Of a stretch of 64,000 bases of DNA, positions 12,154-24,500 are shown piece by piece. Location of the stretch: assembly GCF_036321535.1 (NCBI RefSeq), contig NC_087437.1, positions 96,474,001 to 96,538,000 on the forward strand, in the 5' to 3' direction. Source of the stretch: Camelus dromedarius. Taxonomy: Eukaryota. The notes beneath the pieces are model-generated. The model was given only the letters and a program-made list of their open reading frames with translations, was not told where the DNA came from and ran no database searches. Made by a program: the position numbers and the translations under genes. Positions within the stretch are counted from its first letter, which is position 1. Each line of letters begins with the position of its first letter.

Positions 12154-13666
12154 GTGCTACAGGTACCGGAGAGGTTTTTAAATATAATCTATTAACTTAA
12201 CATTGGAGGACATACGTAGAAAAGCATGGATACAATTAAAATGTGTAGAGAGAGTGGAAGGGAATATACATAACTTTTTATACCATGTTTAGGGACTTTT
12301 GCAAACTCTCTGTAGATTGCAAAATCAATCTAAATCACACAACACATAACTAGCACACAGGTATGTCTGCCCAACTTATAGAATATTTTGATAGCACCAC
12401 GTATAACAGAAAAATAATTAGATGTCATCATTTAGAAAATGCATGCTTCAGTCTGCTTAATAGCTTCATGCAGACAAAGCCAAAAATCCCCCAAAACAAG
12501 GGTGATTTAAAACAGCCCTTCCAAATACCATATTGCTTCTCATGTTTCATCTAGTATTAAATTAAGAAAAAATAACTTTCAGGATATGTATTTTTTTATC
12601 ATATTGTATACCAAACTGTGGTCCTGGCATTCTTGCACCATTTATTTGGAAATTGATACTATAAAACTTTATCTGTTATTTTGATATATGGCTTAATACT
12701 GTAATTTTAATACTGCAATGTGGGGAGAAAAACCCATTACTCAATAAAACAGGAATAAACTAGGATAAAGAAATGCATGAAAAAAAACCCTGAAGATATC
12801 TGCATTTATATACCAGTTTTTCTTTTTCCCCTAAGCTTTATATTTCTTCACTATTTATACATATTATAAGGATAAACCATAGGTTCAGAGCAACTCTACT
12901 GGAGAGAAAAATAGAAAAGAAATATCTTTAGCCACAGAAGCAATGGTTTTTCAGACAATGCGCTCATTTTATTTTGGTAAGTTCTTTGCATACACTCAAG
13001 TTTCTCAGTGATCTGACATGAAATGCTGACATTCCATCTAAAGTTCTATCTAAGAAAGTTTTGACATAGGACAATTTTGAATGACAGAATATTTAGTTTT
13101 GACTCAAGTTTATAAAAATTGTCTCATTACACACAATGTCTCCTCAAAACTGTCTAAAAGATTTGTTTTCAAAACAAACTAAGTGTTCCAAGACAGTTCT
13201 GTATGCTTGTTGGTTGATATGTCTATACGTATGTATGTATGTTATATGTATGCATGTATATACCTATTTATTGAATTATATGATGTCTTTTCACATTTCA
13301 AATAGAAAATTTTACAATTTAAAAAAATGTTTCCTAGCAAAAATGCTTCAGTTACTTCTCTAATTGCAATATAAATCTAAGAGAAGCATCAGTAATTCAG
13401 TTAATTTAAAAAATCCATGTCTAATTATAATGTGTTTTAAATATTCTTTCACTTCTTCAAGTTCTTAGTATCAAATACTGATGGACAAGTACAGGTATCT
13501 AAATTTTATTTTTAAATCAATCTTTGTTTTCATTCTAATCTAAAATAGAATATTTTGACTGCCTACTATTCATAGACTGTGTCACATGTGACTTTAAATT
13601 CATCTCTCTCAGTTTATTAATCCATAAAATGATGCTTGAAGACTATCTGTTATAAGTACTAATTTT

Positions 13667-14291
13667 ATATATATATATTTGTTGTTGTTGTTGAAGTATA
13701 GTCAGCTTAAAATGTTGTGTCTATTTCTGGTGTACAGCACAATGCTTCAATCATCCACAAACATACGTATATTTGATTTCATATTCTTTTTCACCTAAAG
13801 TTACTATGAGATATTGAATATAATTCCCTGTGCTATACAGTATAAACTTGTTTACCTATTTTATATATATTAGTTAGTATCTGCAAATCTGGATCTCCCA
13901 ATTTAACCTTTCCCACCCCCTCCCACCCTGGTAACCATAAGTTTGTTTTCTACGTCTGTGAATCTGTTTCTGTTTTGTAAGTAGGTTTGTCTTTTTTTTT
14001 TTTTATTAGATTCCACATATGAGTGATATCATATGGTATTTTTCTTTCTCTTCCTGGCTTACTTCATTTAGAATGACAATCTCCAAGTCCATTCATGTTG
14101 CTGCAAATGGCATTATTTTATTCTTTTTTTTAACAGCTGAGTAGTATTCCTCTGTATAAATATACCACAGCTTCTTTATCCAGTCATCTGTCAATGGACA
14201 TTTAGATTCTTTCCATGTCTTGGCTATTGTAAACAGTGCTGCGATGAACACTAAGGTGCATGTATCTTTTGGAACTAAGGTTCCCTCTGGA
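13667..14291 (-). mobile_element. 5'-truncated cetartiodactyl/camelid L1 3' end with TSD
   Basis: Antisense L1 3' UTR and ORF2 end (TTCCCTGTGCTATACAG, AGATTCCACATATGAGTGAT). Direct repeat TATAAGTACT(A/G)ATTTT at 13651-13666 and 14292-14307, with a TT/AAAA target on the minus strand. Confidence 0.93.
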
Positions 14292-15129
14292 TATAAGTAC
14301 TGATTTTTAAACTGTTCATGGAGGAGGAAAGCACTTATTAAGAAGTATATGGTAATGTTTTACTGTATCTATTTTCCCAAAACATCTTGGAAGAGATGCT
14401 ACATCTTGAAATGAATTCTTCTCATCTATTTCAATCTTAGCCTATGGTATTATTTTATTTTTAAAGAGAAGAATGTTTAAAAACATCACTAAAACAAACT
14501 TGAATCACAGAATATTCATTAGGCAGCCATCCATGATGCAACATATTTCAAAGTGTTTGGGAAGTGACAGGTACAGTTGTTTTTTCAACCCTATGACAGA
14601 TAGGTTTTGCTGTTTTAACTGACAATTCAAAAAATTTTATTTTCATGAATAAATATAAAACATTCTAACAATATATACAAATGTAATTTTAATACCTGGC
14701 TAGCACTCCCCATCTGCCAGAAAATAAAGCTATTTAAAAGAGTGAAACTAGAAGAATTATACAAAGTTATTTGCCTTTAGTGCTTCTTAGACAATAAAAG
14801 AGGGAAAAAAGACCATATGCTCTCTAATTTTGCCACAACACTTTATATGCAAATTTGGATAAGAAATGCATATATTTTATGTGCACTTGTGTGATAAATG
14901 TTTCTTGAAAAAAAGATGTCTAATTTTGGTTAAAAATTTATACTTCAATTTATTCTTCTGAAATGACTTCAGAGAAACTAGAGGTAAAGTCAGTCATCAT
15001 CTTAGCTATGACTGTATCAGGGCTATAAATGATTCCAAAAAATAACTTTATTAATAAACTCAGCATAGCTTTAACTTTATGGAAAAAAATAGAAAAAAAG
15101 TCAAATTATTTAGAAGAGATTTACATCAA

Positions 15130-16990
15130 AGTGAAATAAAAGTTTTTAAAACTGTTTTTGGATATAATTTCTATGTAATAAAATTAACCAATTTTAATAA
15201 AGAATTGGCTGGGGTCTTGAAATATATACACAGTCACATAATCACTACCTTGCTTATGATGCAATAGTGGTAAAGAACATTTCCACTTTTGGTTAACACC
15301 AAAAAGTTCCCTCTGATCTTTGCAGTTATTCTCCTCCCCTATACTCAGCCCCTGAAAACCACGGATCAGCTTTCCATCAATGCAGTTTTCCCTCTTCAAA
15401 AAGTTTATATTTAAAAAAACACAGAGCACATTATTGTTTGATTCAGGCTTCTTGTATTTAGTATGTTTTTAAGTTATTTATGTTACTGTTCTATACCAAC
15501 AGTATAGCTCATTCCTTTTATTGCTATGTAGTATTCCATCACGTGGCTATAACAATTTATTTATTCACCCATTTATGCATAGATGGATTATTTCCAGCTT
15601 TTCAAAACAATTATCAATGGTGTTAAAATAACATTCACAAATGAGTATTTTGTATAGACATATATCATCATTTCTCATGGGTAAATATATGGAATGGAAA
15701 TGTTGGCTCATATGGTAAGTGTGGACATTTTATTGGAAATTTCCAAATTTCTAAACTGTACCATTTGCATTCCCAACAATGTATGATAAGTACAGTTGTT
15801 CCAAATTCTCCAAAAGCATTTGATACTGTCAATTTTAAATTTCATCTAATCTAGATGAAGTGTCTATTCAAATCAAAAAGTTGGTTTTGAGTTGCATGTT
15901 TTCTTCTTACTGAGATTAAAGAATTCTTTCCATATGCTGTATATAAGTCCTTTATTAGATATAGGCTTTTAAACTAGTCTTTTAAAGAGCAAAAGGTTTT
16001 AATTTTGATGAATTCTAATCTATCTTTTGGGGTTTTTTGATGGCTTATAAGAAATCATTGTTTACCGCAAGGTCACCTGATTTTCTCCTGTGCTTTTTAA
16101 CAAGTGTTACAGTGGTAAGCTCTTTCACTTAAGCTAAGATCCATATTAAGTTAATACTGATACAAGGCACCCCAAATGGTAAAGTTTCTTCTGATATTTT
16201 TGATTAATGAATTTTTATTTGCATATTCCAGCACTGTTTGTTGAAAGACTATCCTTTCCTGCACTGAAGTACCTTCCTATATTTGTAAAAACTCAATTTG
16301 CCATATGAATGTGGGTATTCTATTCCATTTGTCTTTATGTCTATCAAATAAATTATCACATACTCTTGGTTACTGTAGCTTTGTAATAAGATTAGAAATT
16401 AGATATGTAAGTCCTCCATTGTTATTCTTTTCCAAAATTGACTGGGTAAAGAATCCTTAATTGTTATTTTTTTTTTCTTTCAGTAATTTAAAGACGTCAC
16501 TCTACTGTCACATAGTTTGCAGTTTCTGGGCAGAATTTACTCTCATCATTATTTTTGTTCCTTTTAAAATATTGGTCTTTATTTCTTCTATCTTCCTTCA
16601 AGATTTTTTTTTCTTTATCATTGATTTTCAGCAATTTGATTATGATGTGTTTTAACATGCTTGTCCTTAATCTATTCTGCTTTAGGTTTATTGAGCTCCC
16701 TTCAATCTGTCAGTTCAGTTTCCATTAAATTATAAAAATTTCCAGTTACTATTTTCTCAAAGATTTATTCCAACTTTGTTTTCTTTTCTCTACTTCTAGT
16801 ACTCTAAGTACATACATGCTAAGTTTCTTGGAATTGCCTCACTAATAACTACTTCATTGTCCATTTTTGCCATTTTTTTTTTCTTTTAGTGCTTAATTCT
16901 GCAGAGTTCCATTTTATAGGTCTTTAAGTTTGCTGATCTTTTCTTTGGTTTTGTCTAATCTACTATCAATCCCATTCAGTATTTTTCATT
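15130..16990 (-). mobile_element. Old L1M fragments (3' UTR, ORF2 and more 5' pieces), antisense
   Basis: Antisense L1 motifs: TAGTATTCCAT, TTGCATTCCCAAC, TTTGTTGAAAGACTATCCTTTCC, TTACTGTAGCTTTGTAATAAG. Confidence 0.8.
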
Positions 16991-16993
16991 TTA

Positions 16994-18280
16994 CTTTATA
17001 TTTTTGGGGTTTTTCAACTTATTTTGAAAACTTTATTTTTCATAGCAGTTTTAGGTTCACAGAACAATTGAGAGTAAGGTACAAAGATTTCCAGTATACC
17101 TGCTGCTACCATGCATGCACGGCCTCTCCTATTCAACATCCCCTCCACAGTGGGGCATTTGTTATAACTGATGAATGTACACTGACAAATCATCACCACC
17201 AAAGTTTATAGTTTACACTGTTTCACTCTCATTGTACATTCCATGGATTTTAACAGATGTATAATGAGATGCACCCATTATTATAATATCATGCAGAATA
17301 TTTTCACTGCCCCTAAATCCTCTGTGCTCCACCTATCTGTCCCTTGCTCTCCCTTAACCACTGGCAATCACTGGTCTTTTTACTATCTCCATGGTTTTGC
17401 CTTTTCCAGAATGTCACATGCGGAGAGGAAAAGGGAGAGGGCAAATTAGGATTATGAGATTAAGAGATACAGACTACTATACATAAAAGATAAGCATTAA
17501 TGGTATATTGTATAGCACAGGAAATTGTCTTACAATAACTTTTAATGGAGTATAATTTATGAAAATACTGTATCACTATGCTGTACACCTTGAAACTAAT
17601 ATAATATTTTAAATCAACTATACTTCATTAAATTAATTAATTAAAAGGTGGCATTTCAAATCAGTGGACTATTTATTAAATCATGTTGGCACAGTTAGCC
17701 ATTGAAGATAAGTTTTAACACTACACACCTATTAGAATGGGTAAACTCTGGAACACTGACATCATCAAATGCTGGCAAGGACATGGAGCAACAGGAACTC
17801 TCATTCATTGCTGGTGGGAATACAAAATGGTACAGCCACTTTGGAGGATAGATTGGAGGCGTTTTATAAAACAAAATATACTCTTGCCATATAATTTAGC
17901 AATCACAATCTTTGGCATTTTACCCAAAGGAGCTGAAGACAGGGTTCACATAAAAACTTGCACACAGATGTTTACAGCAGTTTTATTCGTAATTGTCAAA
18001 GCTTGAAACCACCAAGATGTCCTTCCATAGGTGAATGGCTTAATAATTTGTGGTACATCCAGACAATGTAATATTACTCAGTGCTAAAAAGAAGTGAGCC
18101 ATATAAAAATAAACTTTTAAAAAGTTAAAAAAAATAAGTGAGCCATCAAGTCATGAAAAGACATTGGGGAAACTTAAATGCACATTAGTAAGTAAAAGAA
18201 GTCCACCTGAAAAGGCTATACACATTATATGATTCCAATTATATGACATTCTAGAAAAGGTAAAACTATGGAGATAATAG
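16994..18280 (-). mobile_element. L1MC1-like insertion with inverted 5' segment (3' part about 16994-17420 on -, inverted part about 17720-18280 on +)
   Basis: Both parts resemble the L1MC copy at 98-790 and share the ATGACATTCT(G/A)GAAAAGG..AAAAC.ATGGAGATA junction sequence. Flanked by TTTTCATTTTA at 16983-16993 and 18281-18291. Confidence 0.75.
17421..17645 (+). mobile_element. Short cetartiodactyl-type L1 3' UTR fragment nested in the inverted L1MC
   Basis: TGTATAGCACAGGAAA...CTATGCTGTACACCTTGAAACTAATATAAT...AAATCAACTATACTTCA followed by an A-rich tail. Confidence 0.85.
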
Positions 18281-18291
18281 TTTTCATTTTA

Positions 18292-18875
18292 GACATCATG
18301 TTTTCCATCTCTGAAAGATGTATCTTTTTATACCTTCCATGTCTCTCCTCATCATGCTCATGTTTTCTCTACTTCCCAGAACATATGGAACCTATTTATA
18401 GTAACTATTTTAACTTCACTGTCTGCTAGTTACATCATCTCTGCTATGCCTAGGATTGCTTCTAATGATTGATATTTATTCTGGATACGGATAATATTTT
18501 CCTGTTTTTTTGCATGTCATGTAATTTTTGATTACATATGAACATTATGAACTTTATATTATTTCTTGCTAAATTTTTGTTGTATTCATTTAAATAATGT
18601 TAGGTTTTGTTGTGGTGTACACATAAGTAAGAGGGAATCAGCTGAATACTTTTGAGGTTTGCTTCTAACCTCTGTTAGGACAATTTCAGAGCAATTTTAG
18701 TGTATGACTAATTTATCCCCACTACTAAGGTAATATTCATTAGAAAAGTCCCCCATTGGGAACATAAACCCTTCCCAGCTCTGCATGAGTGCCAAGATTT
18801 CTGGCATTGGGTAGAATCCTTCCATATATGAACTGATTAAAACTCAGCCAAAGATTTAACGGGACTTTTCTGCAG

Positions 18876-18922
<47 letters not shown>

Positions 18923-19250
18923 TCTCGCTCTCTTTCAGAGATCCTTCTCCAGTGCTTTACTCTGCAAATTCTAGATATACCTACTCTCCAAACTAGGTAT
19001 GATCTCTGTTTTCATCTCAGTGAGACAACCAGGCTCTGTTTGTGCTCCCCTCCCTTATCTTGTAGCTTGGAAAGTGCCATCAGGAAGAAAGCTAGAACAA
19101 CTGGAAGGCTCATCATTTTTTTGTTGTTTCCCCTTTCTCAGACATCACTACCTTGAACTGCCTGCCATTCAGTACTTGCAACACCACTGTTTTCTGTCTG
19201 GCTTTCTAGTTGTTTAGGGTGAGAAGATGAATCCTAACCATTACTCTAAC
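18292..19250 (-). mobile_element. Continuation of the old antisense L1M interrupted at 16994
   Basis: T-rich antisense L1 5'-region-like sequence resumes directly after the TSD. Confidence 0.55.
18876..18932. repeat. (CT)n microsatellite
   Basis: Directly visible. Confidence 0.95.
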
Positions 19251-19938
19251 ATAGTTGGTGAAATTAATTTTCATATAGCACCAAGATACTGATACCTTGT
19301 GTATATTAAATAATTAGACCATTTCACTTACTGGTTTTGGTTTCTAATAGCTATTTTGATAAAGAACTGTTATTCTTTCTCAGCATTTAAGAAGTACATC
19401 TCATGGCTTGTGTGTGTGTGTGTTTTTTTTATACAAAAATGTGATTTTTACTTCTTGTAAAGAACAATTTAAAATTCTCCTTTGTGAGCCTATATACATT
19501 TAGGAAGAAAAACAGATTTAACATCATGCCCTATGAAAAGTACCTTTTATGGTCAAGTTGAAGATTAAAAAAGAACTGGCATACCAAATAACAGTAGAAA
19601 TTAAGGCATGAAAACATTTGAACATTTGAAACAAGACTTAAGAGTAGTTAAAAACACCATTAGAGCAGATTAGAAATTAAAAAAATATTGATGAAGACAG
19701 GAACCATAGAGAGGAAGAGATGAAATTTTCCAGTCATGATTCTGGTACTTCAACAAGGATTATTCATGCTTAAGCTTGCCTGATAAAGCCATTAATAGAC
19801 ACCTTCTACCCTACAAGAATGGACTCTGATTTAAAAGCTGCCAAATAGCAAGACTTTATTTCATGGACAGTTGTGAAAGGTTTTTACAAAGATAAAGCAT
19901 AATTACATTAATGAAATGGTGATAAACTATAATAAAGA

Positions 19939-20905
19939 CAAAGAACCCAATCAAAAAATGGGCAGAAGACCTAAATAGATATTTCTCCAAAGAAGACATA
20001 CAGATGGCCAACAGGCACAGGAAATGATGTTCAACATCACTAATTATAAGATTATTCAAGTACATAATTAAAACTACAATGAAATGTCAACTCACACTGG
20101 TCTGAATGGCTATTATCAAAAAGTCTACAAATAATAAATGCTGGAGTGGGCATGGAGAAAAAAGTGCCCTCCTACACTGTGGGTGGGAATGTAAGTTGGT
20201 ACCGCTACTATAGAGAATAGGATGGAGGTTCTTTAAAAAACTAAAAATACAGTTACCATATGATCCTGCAACCCCATTTCTGGGCATATATCTGGAGGGA
20301 ACCTAATTTGCAAAGACACATAAACCCCAATGTTCATAACAGCACTATTTACAATAGCCAAGACATGGAAACAATCTAAATGTCCATCAACAGATGACTG
20401 TGTAAAGAAGCTGTGTTATATTTATACAATGTAAAACTACTCAAGCATAAAAAAGAATAAAATAATGCCATCTGCAGCAACACGGATGGGCTTGGAGATC
20501 ATCATTCTAAGTGAAGTAAGCCAGAAAGAAAAAGAAAAATACCATATGATATCACTCACATGTGGAATCTTAAAAAGAAATAAAAGAAGACACAAATGAA
20601 CTTATTTACAAAACAAAAATAGACTCACAGACATAGAAAACAAAACTTATGGTTATCAATGGGGAAAGGGAGTGGGAAAGGATAAAATGGGAGTTAGAGA
20701 TTTGCAGACATTAACTACTACATATAAATAGATAAACAACAAATTTCCACTGTATAGCACAGGGAACTATATTCAGTATCTTGTAGTAGCCTATAATGAA
20801 AAAGAATATTAAAAGGAATATATGTATGTATATGGATGACTGAAATATGCTGTGCACCAGAAATTGGCACAACATTGTAAATTAACTATACTTCAATTAA
20901 AAAAA
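19939..20905 (+). mobile_element. L1 3' end (ORF2 C-terminus and 3' UTR), intermediate-age subfamily
   Basis: AACCCAATCAAAAAATGGGCAGAAGACCTAAATAGA through the cysteine-rich region and 3' UTR, ending AACTATACTTCAATTAAAAAAAA. Confidence 0.93.
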
Positions 20906-21544
20906 AAAGATGCATGCACCATAATGTTCATAGCAGTACTATTTACAATACCCAAGACATGGAAGCAATCTAAATGTCCACTGACAGATGAATGGATAAA
21001 AAAAGGTGAGGTATATACACACACACACACACACACATATATATGTGTATATATACATATATATACAATGAAATATTACTCAGCCATAAAAAATAAATAA
21101 TGCTATTTGCAGCAACATGGGTGGACATAGAGGTTATCATACTAAATGAAGTCAGACAGAAAAAGACAAATATCATACAATATTACTTATATGTGGAATC
21201 CAAAAAATGATACAAATGAAGTTATTTACAAAACAGAAATAGACTCACTGACATAGAAAACAAACATGGTCACCAAAGGGTTAAGTGGTAGGAGGAATAA
21301 ATTGGGAATTTGAGTTTAAAATATACACACTACTATATTTAAAACAGATAAACAACAAAGGCCTACTGTATAGCACAGGGAACTATACTCAATATTTTGT
21401 ATAAACTATAATAAAAAGAATCTCATAAAGAATATATATATACATATATATATACACACACATATATAGAGACATATGAAAAGCCTTATTGTACACTTGA
21501 AATATTGTAAATCAACTATACTTCAATTAAAAAAACTAAAAAAA
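20906..21544 (+). mobile_element. Second, tandem L1 3' end of a different subfamily, with internal (CA)n/(TA)n expansions
   Basis: Restarts at AAAGATGCATGCACCATAATGTTCATAGCAG and has a different 3' UTR. Ends AATCAACTATACTTCAATTAAAAAAA. Dinucleotide runs at about 21012-21066 and 21432-21470. Confidence 0.9.
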
Positions 21545-24500
21545 AACCTATGATAAAGATACAGTTGCAATAGAGTAACTAGTGGATGATGCTACCACTT
21601 TTGTATTAACTTGAACCCTACAGTTACAAATCTTTCCCCATCAGTAACAATTTCACATTTTGATTATAGAAAGCTTGGATTCCTTTTCAAAGAGTTTTTC
21701 AAACTAGTTCATCAATTTAAAATATCAATTGCTCTAATTACCCATCTATGGGTTTAAGCCAGCAAAACAAGCAGGTTGAGAGGGAAAGAAAAAGACATTT
21801 TTTCACTCACATGGTGTAAAATTATAGCCACCTGCACTGTTTGTAACGTTACTAAACCAAATGAAAAGCTCAGAATTAAGTACTTCCTTCTCTGCAGGGA
21901 AGTGTGTCTGCAGGCAAAGAAGCCACTCTCCACTTACAGAGGCATGCTAAAAATAGCACTCAAACCTCCTTGCTGTAAGAACTTGTTCAGAAGACGAAAA
22001 GGCTGCTGGTTAACCATAAGGAAAAATTCTTGCAATGATGAAACCACATGAAAAAGGTAGAGTCAAGGCCCATGGGGGCATCTTATGTTGCTACAAGGCA
22101 GTTCTCTGTCAATATGTAATTTAGGGCACCCAAAACCAACAATCAAAGAACAGCAGGGTACATCTGAGTAGTACTTGGATTTTCTTCACCTGTGATTCTG
22201 TTTTCTTCTACTTCATTATCTTTTTTTAAAAAAAGTCACTAAAAAATTTACTGGTATGATTCTGTAGCAAGAGACTAGCTAAGAATAGTGTACTGCAGAG
22301 GATCTAATCAGTATACGCTTATTTCCTCACTCAATGCTGTTTCCTTAATCCTTCAGCTGTTAACATCTAAATACTCTTTAGCTTAATGGTTGATACATTC
22401 ATTTCCATCAGCAGATGATGCCATGTTTTTAAAATACAACATAAAAAATACAATAGAGTTAATATGTTATCCTCCAAAATGCATTATTCCTTTTTATTAT
22501 AATTTACCAGTACCTTTTCCCCTGATTCTAGAAACCCTCCAGCAACAGAATTTTTTTAAGGAATTATTAGAAAAACATTGACGTATTTATGCAGGTATCA
22601 CTGTAGTTTATACTACACGTTTTTATAGGCAGAGGAGGTAATCTTATTCAATGTTATCTTTCCAAAACATAGCACTGAGTAGGTCCTCAATAAATATTTG
22701 TTGGTTTATTCTATATATTAAATAGAAGACATAAAATAATTTCCATAATGCATAATTTTTACACAAAGAATGTGAAATTTCTGAAGACTGAAAATATAAT
22801 CCTACATGTGTACTGATAAAATACTTCTTACATAAAAAGTACAAAATAAAAATCTATTTCACTTTCAACTATGATATAGAAGCTCTATTTTTAAAAAGAA
22901 AACTCTAAATTTTCTTAAATATTTGGCACGCTTTTTCAATCAAAAGTACCTATCCTTATATCTTTCATGTAATTTTTGTCCTACTTGTAAATATACAGCA
23001 GCAATCTTCAAACATCAATGATCAGGGATTCTTATTTTCATTATGATAATATTTTGAATCATTGAGTTCAGTATTGAGGCTTTCCATCAATATGTTCAAT
23101 GCTATAATTTAATGCAGTATCAGATAATCACACAATCCTAAGAAGCAACTATATTTAAATGCATATACACAGAGAAAAATTGACTTAATTTTCTTACCAA
23201 CTATGATGATATCAAAATATGCCAGGGTGTCAGTCTGGTGAAAGCAAGATTGCTTGGCATTTTGTGAGCCAGCATAAAGAATAAGTCAACAAATAGCCAC
23301 AGATCTTTTTAATATGAGCCAAGACAATTTAATTTGGACAACTGTATTGATTTGAGCACTCTAGAATGTTATTAACAAAACAATTAGTCTGTTGGTTGTT
23401 TGTACAAACTTATTATTACAGCTACATTATTTAACTAAGTAAAGAACTGGGGAAAGACGTGATATGAAAAATGGAAGAAATGAAGGTAAGTATGTTCTTA
23501 GTCTTCATCTGCACCAACTCTGAGACACATTCAACTTTCCAAAGCTTGACATTCGACTTAAACCATAATTTTATGTTTTGAAATGTTTCATATGCCATTT
23601 GTTATTATGTTTAAATTTTAATTAGAGGGCTTTTAAAAACTAAAATTAATATAATTTGCAATGTGGTTTTTGTTTACTTTTAAAACACACTATGAATTTT
23701 AGCTGCTAAATTATAATCAAGGAGATATCACACCAGGTCAGAGAAAAGCTCTTCTGCCAACACATTTTGTGAAAACTAGCAAGACTTTTTCTAACACACA
23801 GAAACCAAAATATTGGTGATTGATGCTTGCTTGCTATTAATCTCAGAAATGTATATTATAGATCATCATCCCTTGTGCATTACTACACGTAGGAAAGTTG
23901 GTCATTTCTGCTTTAAAATGTTGGTCCCATTTACAGGCAGATATATTGACCCTCTATATTGGAAACCCTTTGCCAACCTTGTTTTCATTAGGATTCCTTA
24001 AATTACTGGACAATAACCTCAAAGGGGATTGTTTCTTAGAGGTTTCTAGGCACCCTATATATTGTGACTTGCAAATGAATTCTAAAATGAATGCTAGGAG
24101 TGACAAAATCCAAAAGAAAAGCCCATGTGAAAAAAAGATGTAAAAGCCTAGAGGATTTATGTTTAAATTATTGAAATTCAATCGTGGATGCATGGTTTAT
24201 TTATGCTGATTTGCGTTCTGACTGCCTTGTATCCTCTAAGTCTACTGGGTTTAGGACAGAAGACAATGACTTCTTTTCTGTATATTTTAATATTTTTTCT
24301 ACATCACTTGTCCGTGTTGATAAGCCCAGTGACTCAAAAATGAAAAAGTGTCATGTAATGTAGGTGTATGTCAATTTTCCTCTCATCTGTCTTCTAATTG
24401 GCCTAGAGCTCTGGATTTCCATTGTAGTATGAAAAAACTATTAATTAGTTAGAAGAAGAAAAAAATACAGAAATCTTCTTTTCATACCAATAAGAGAAAA

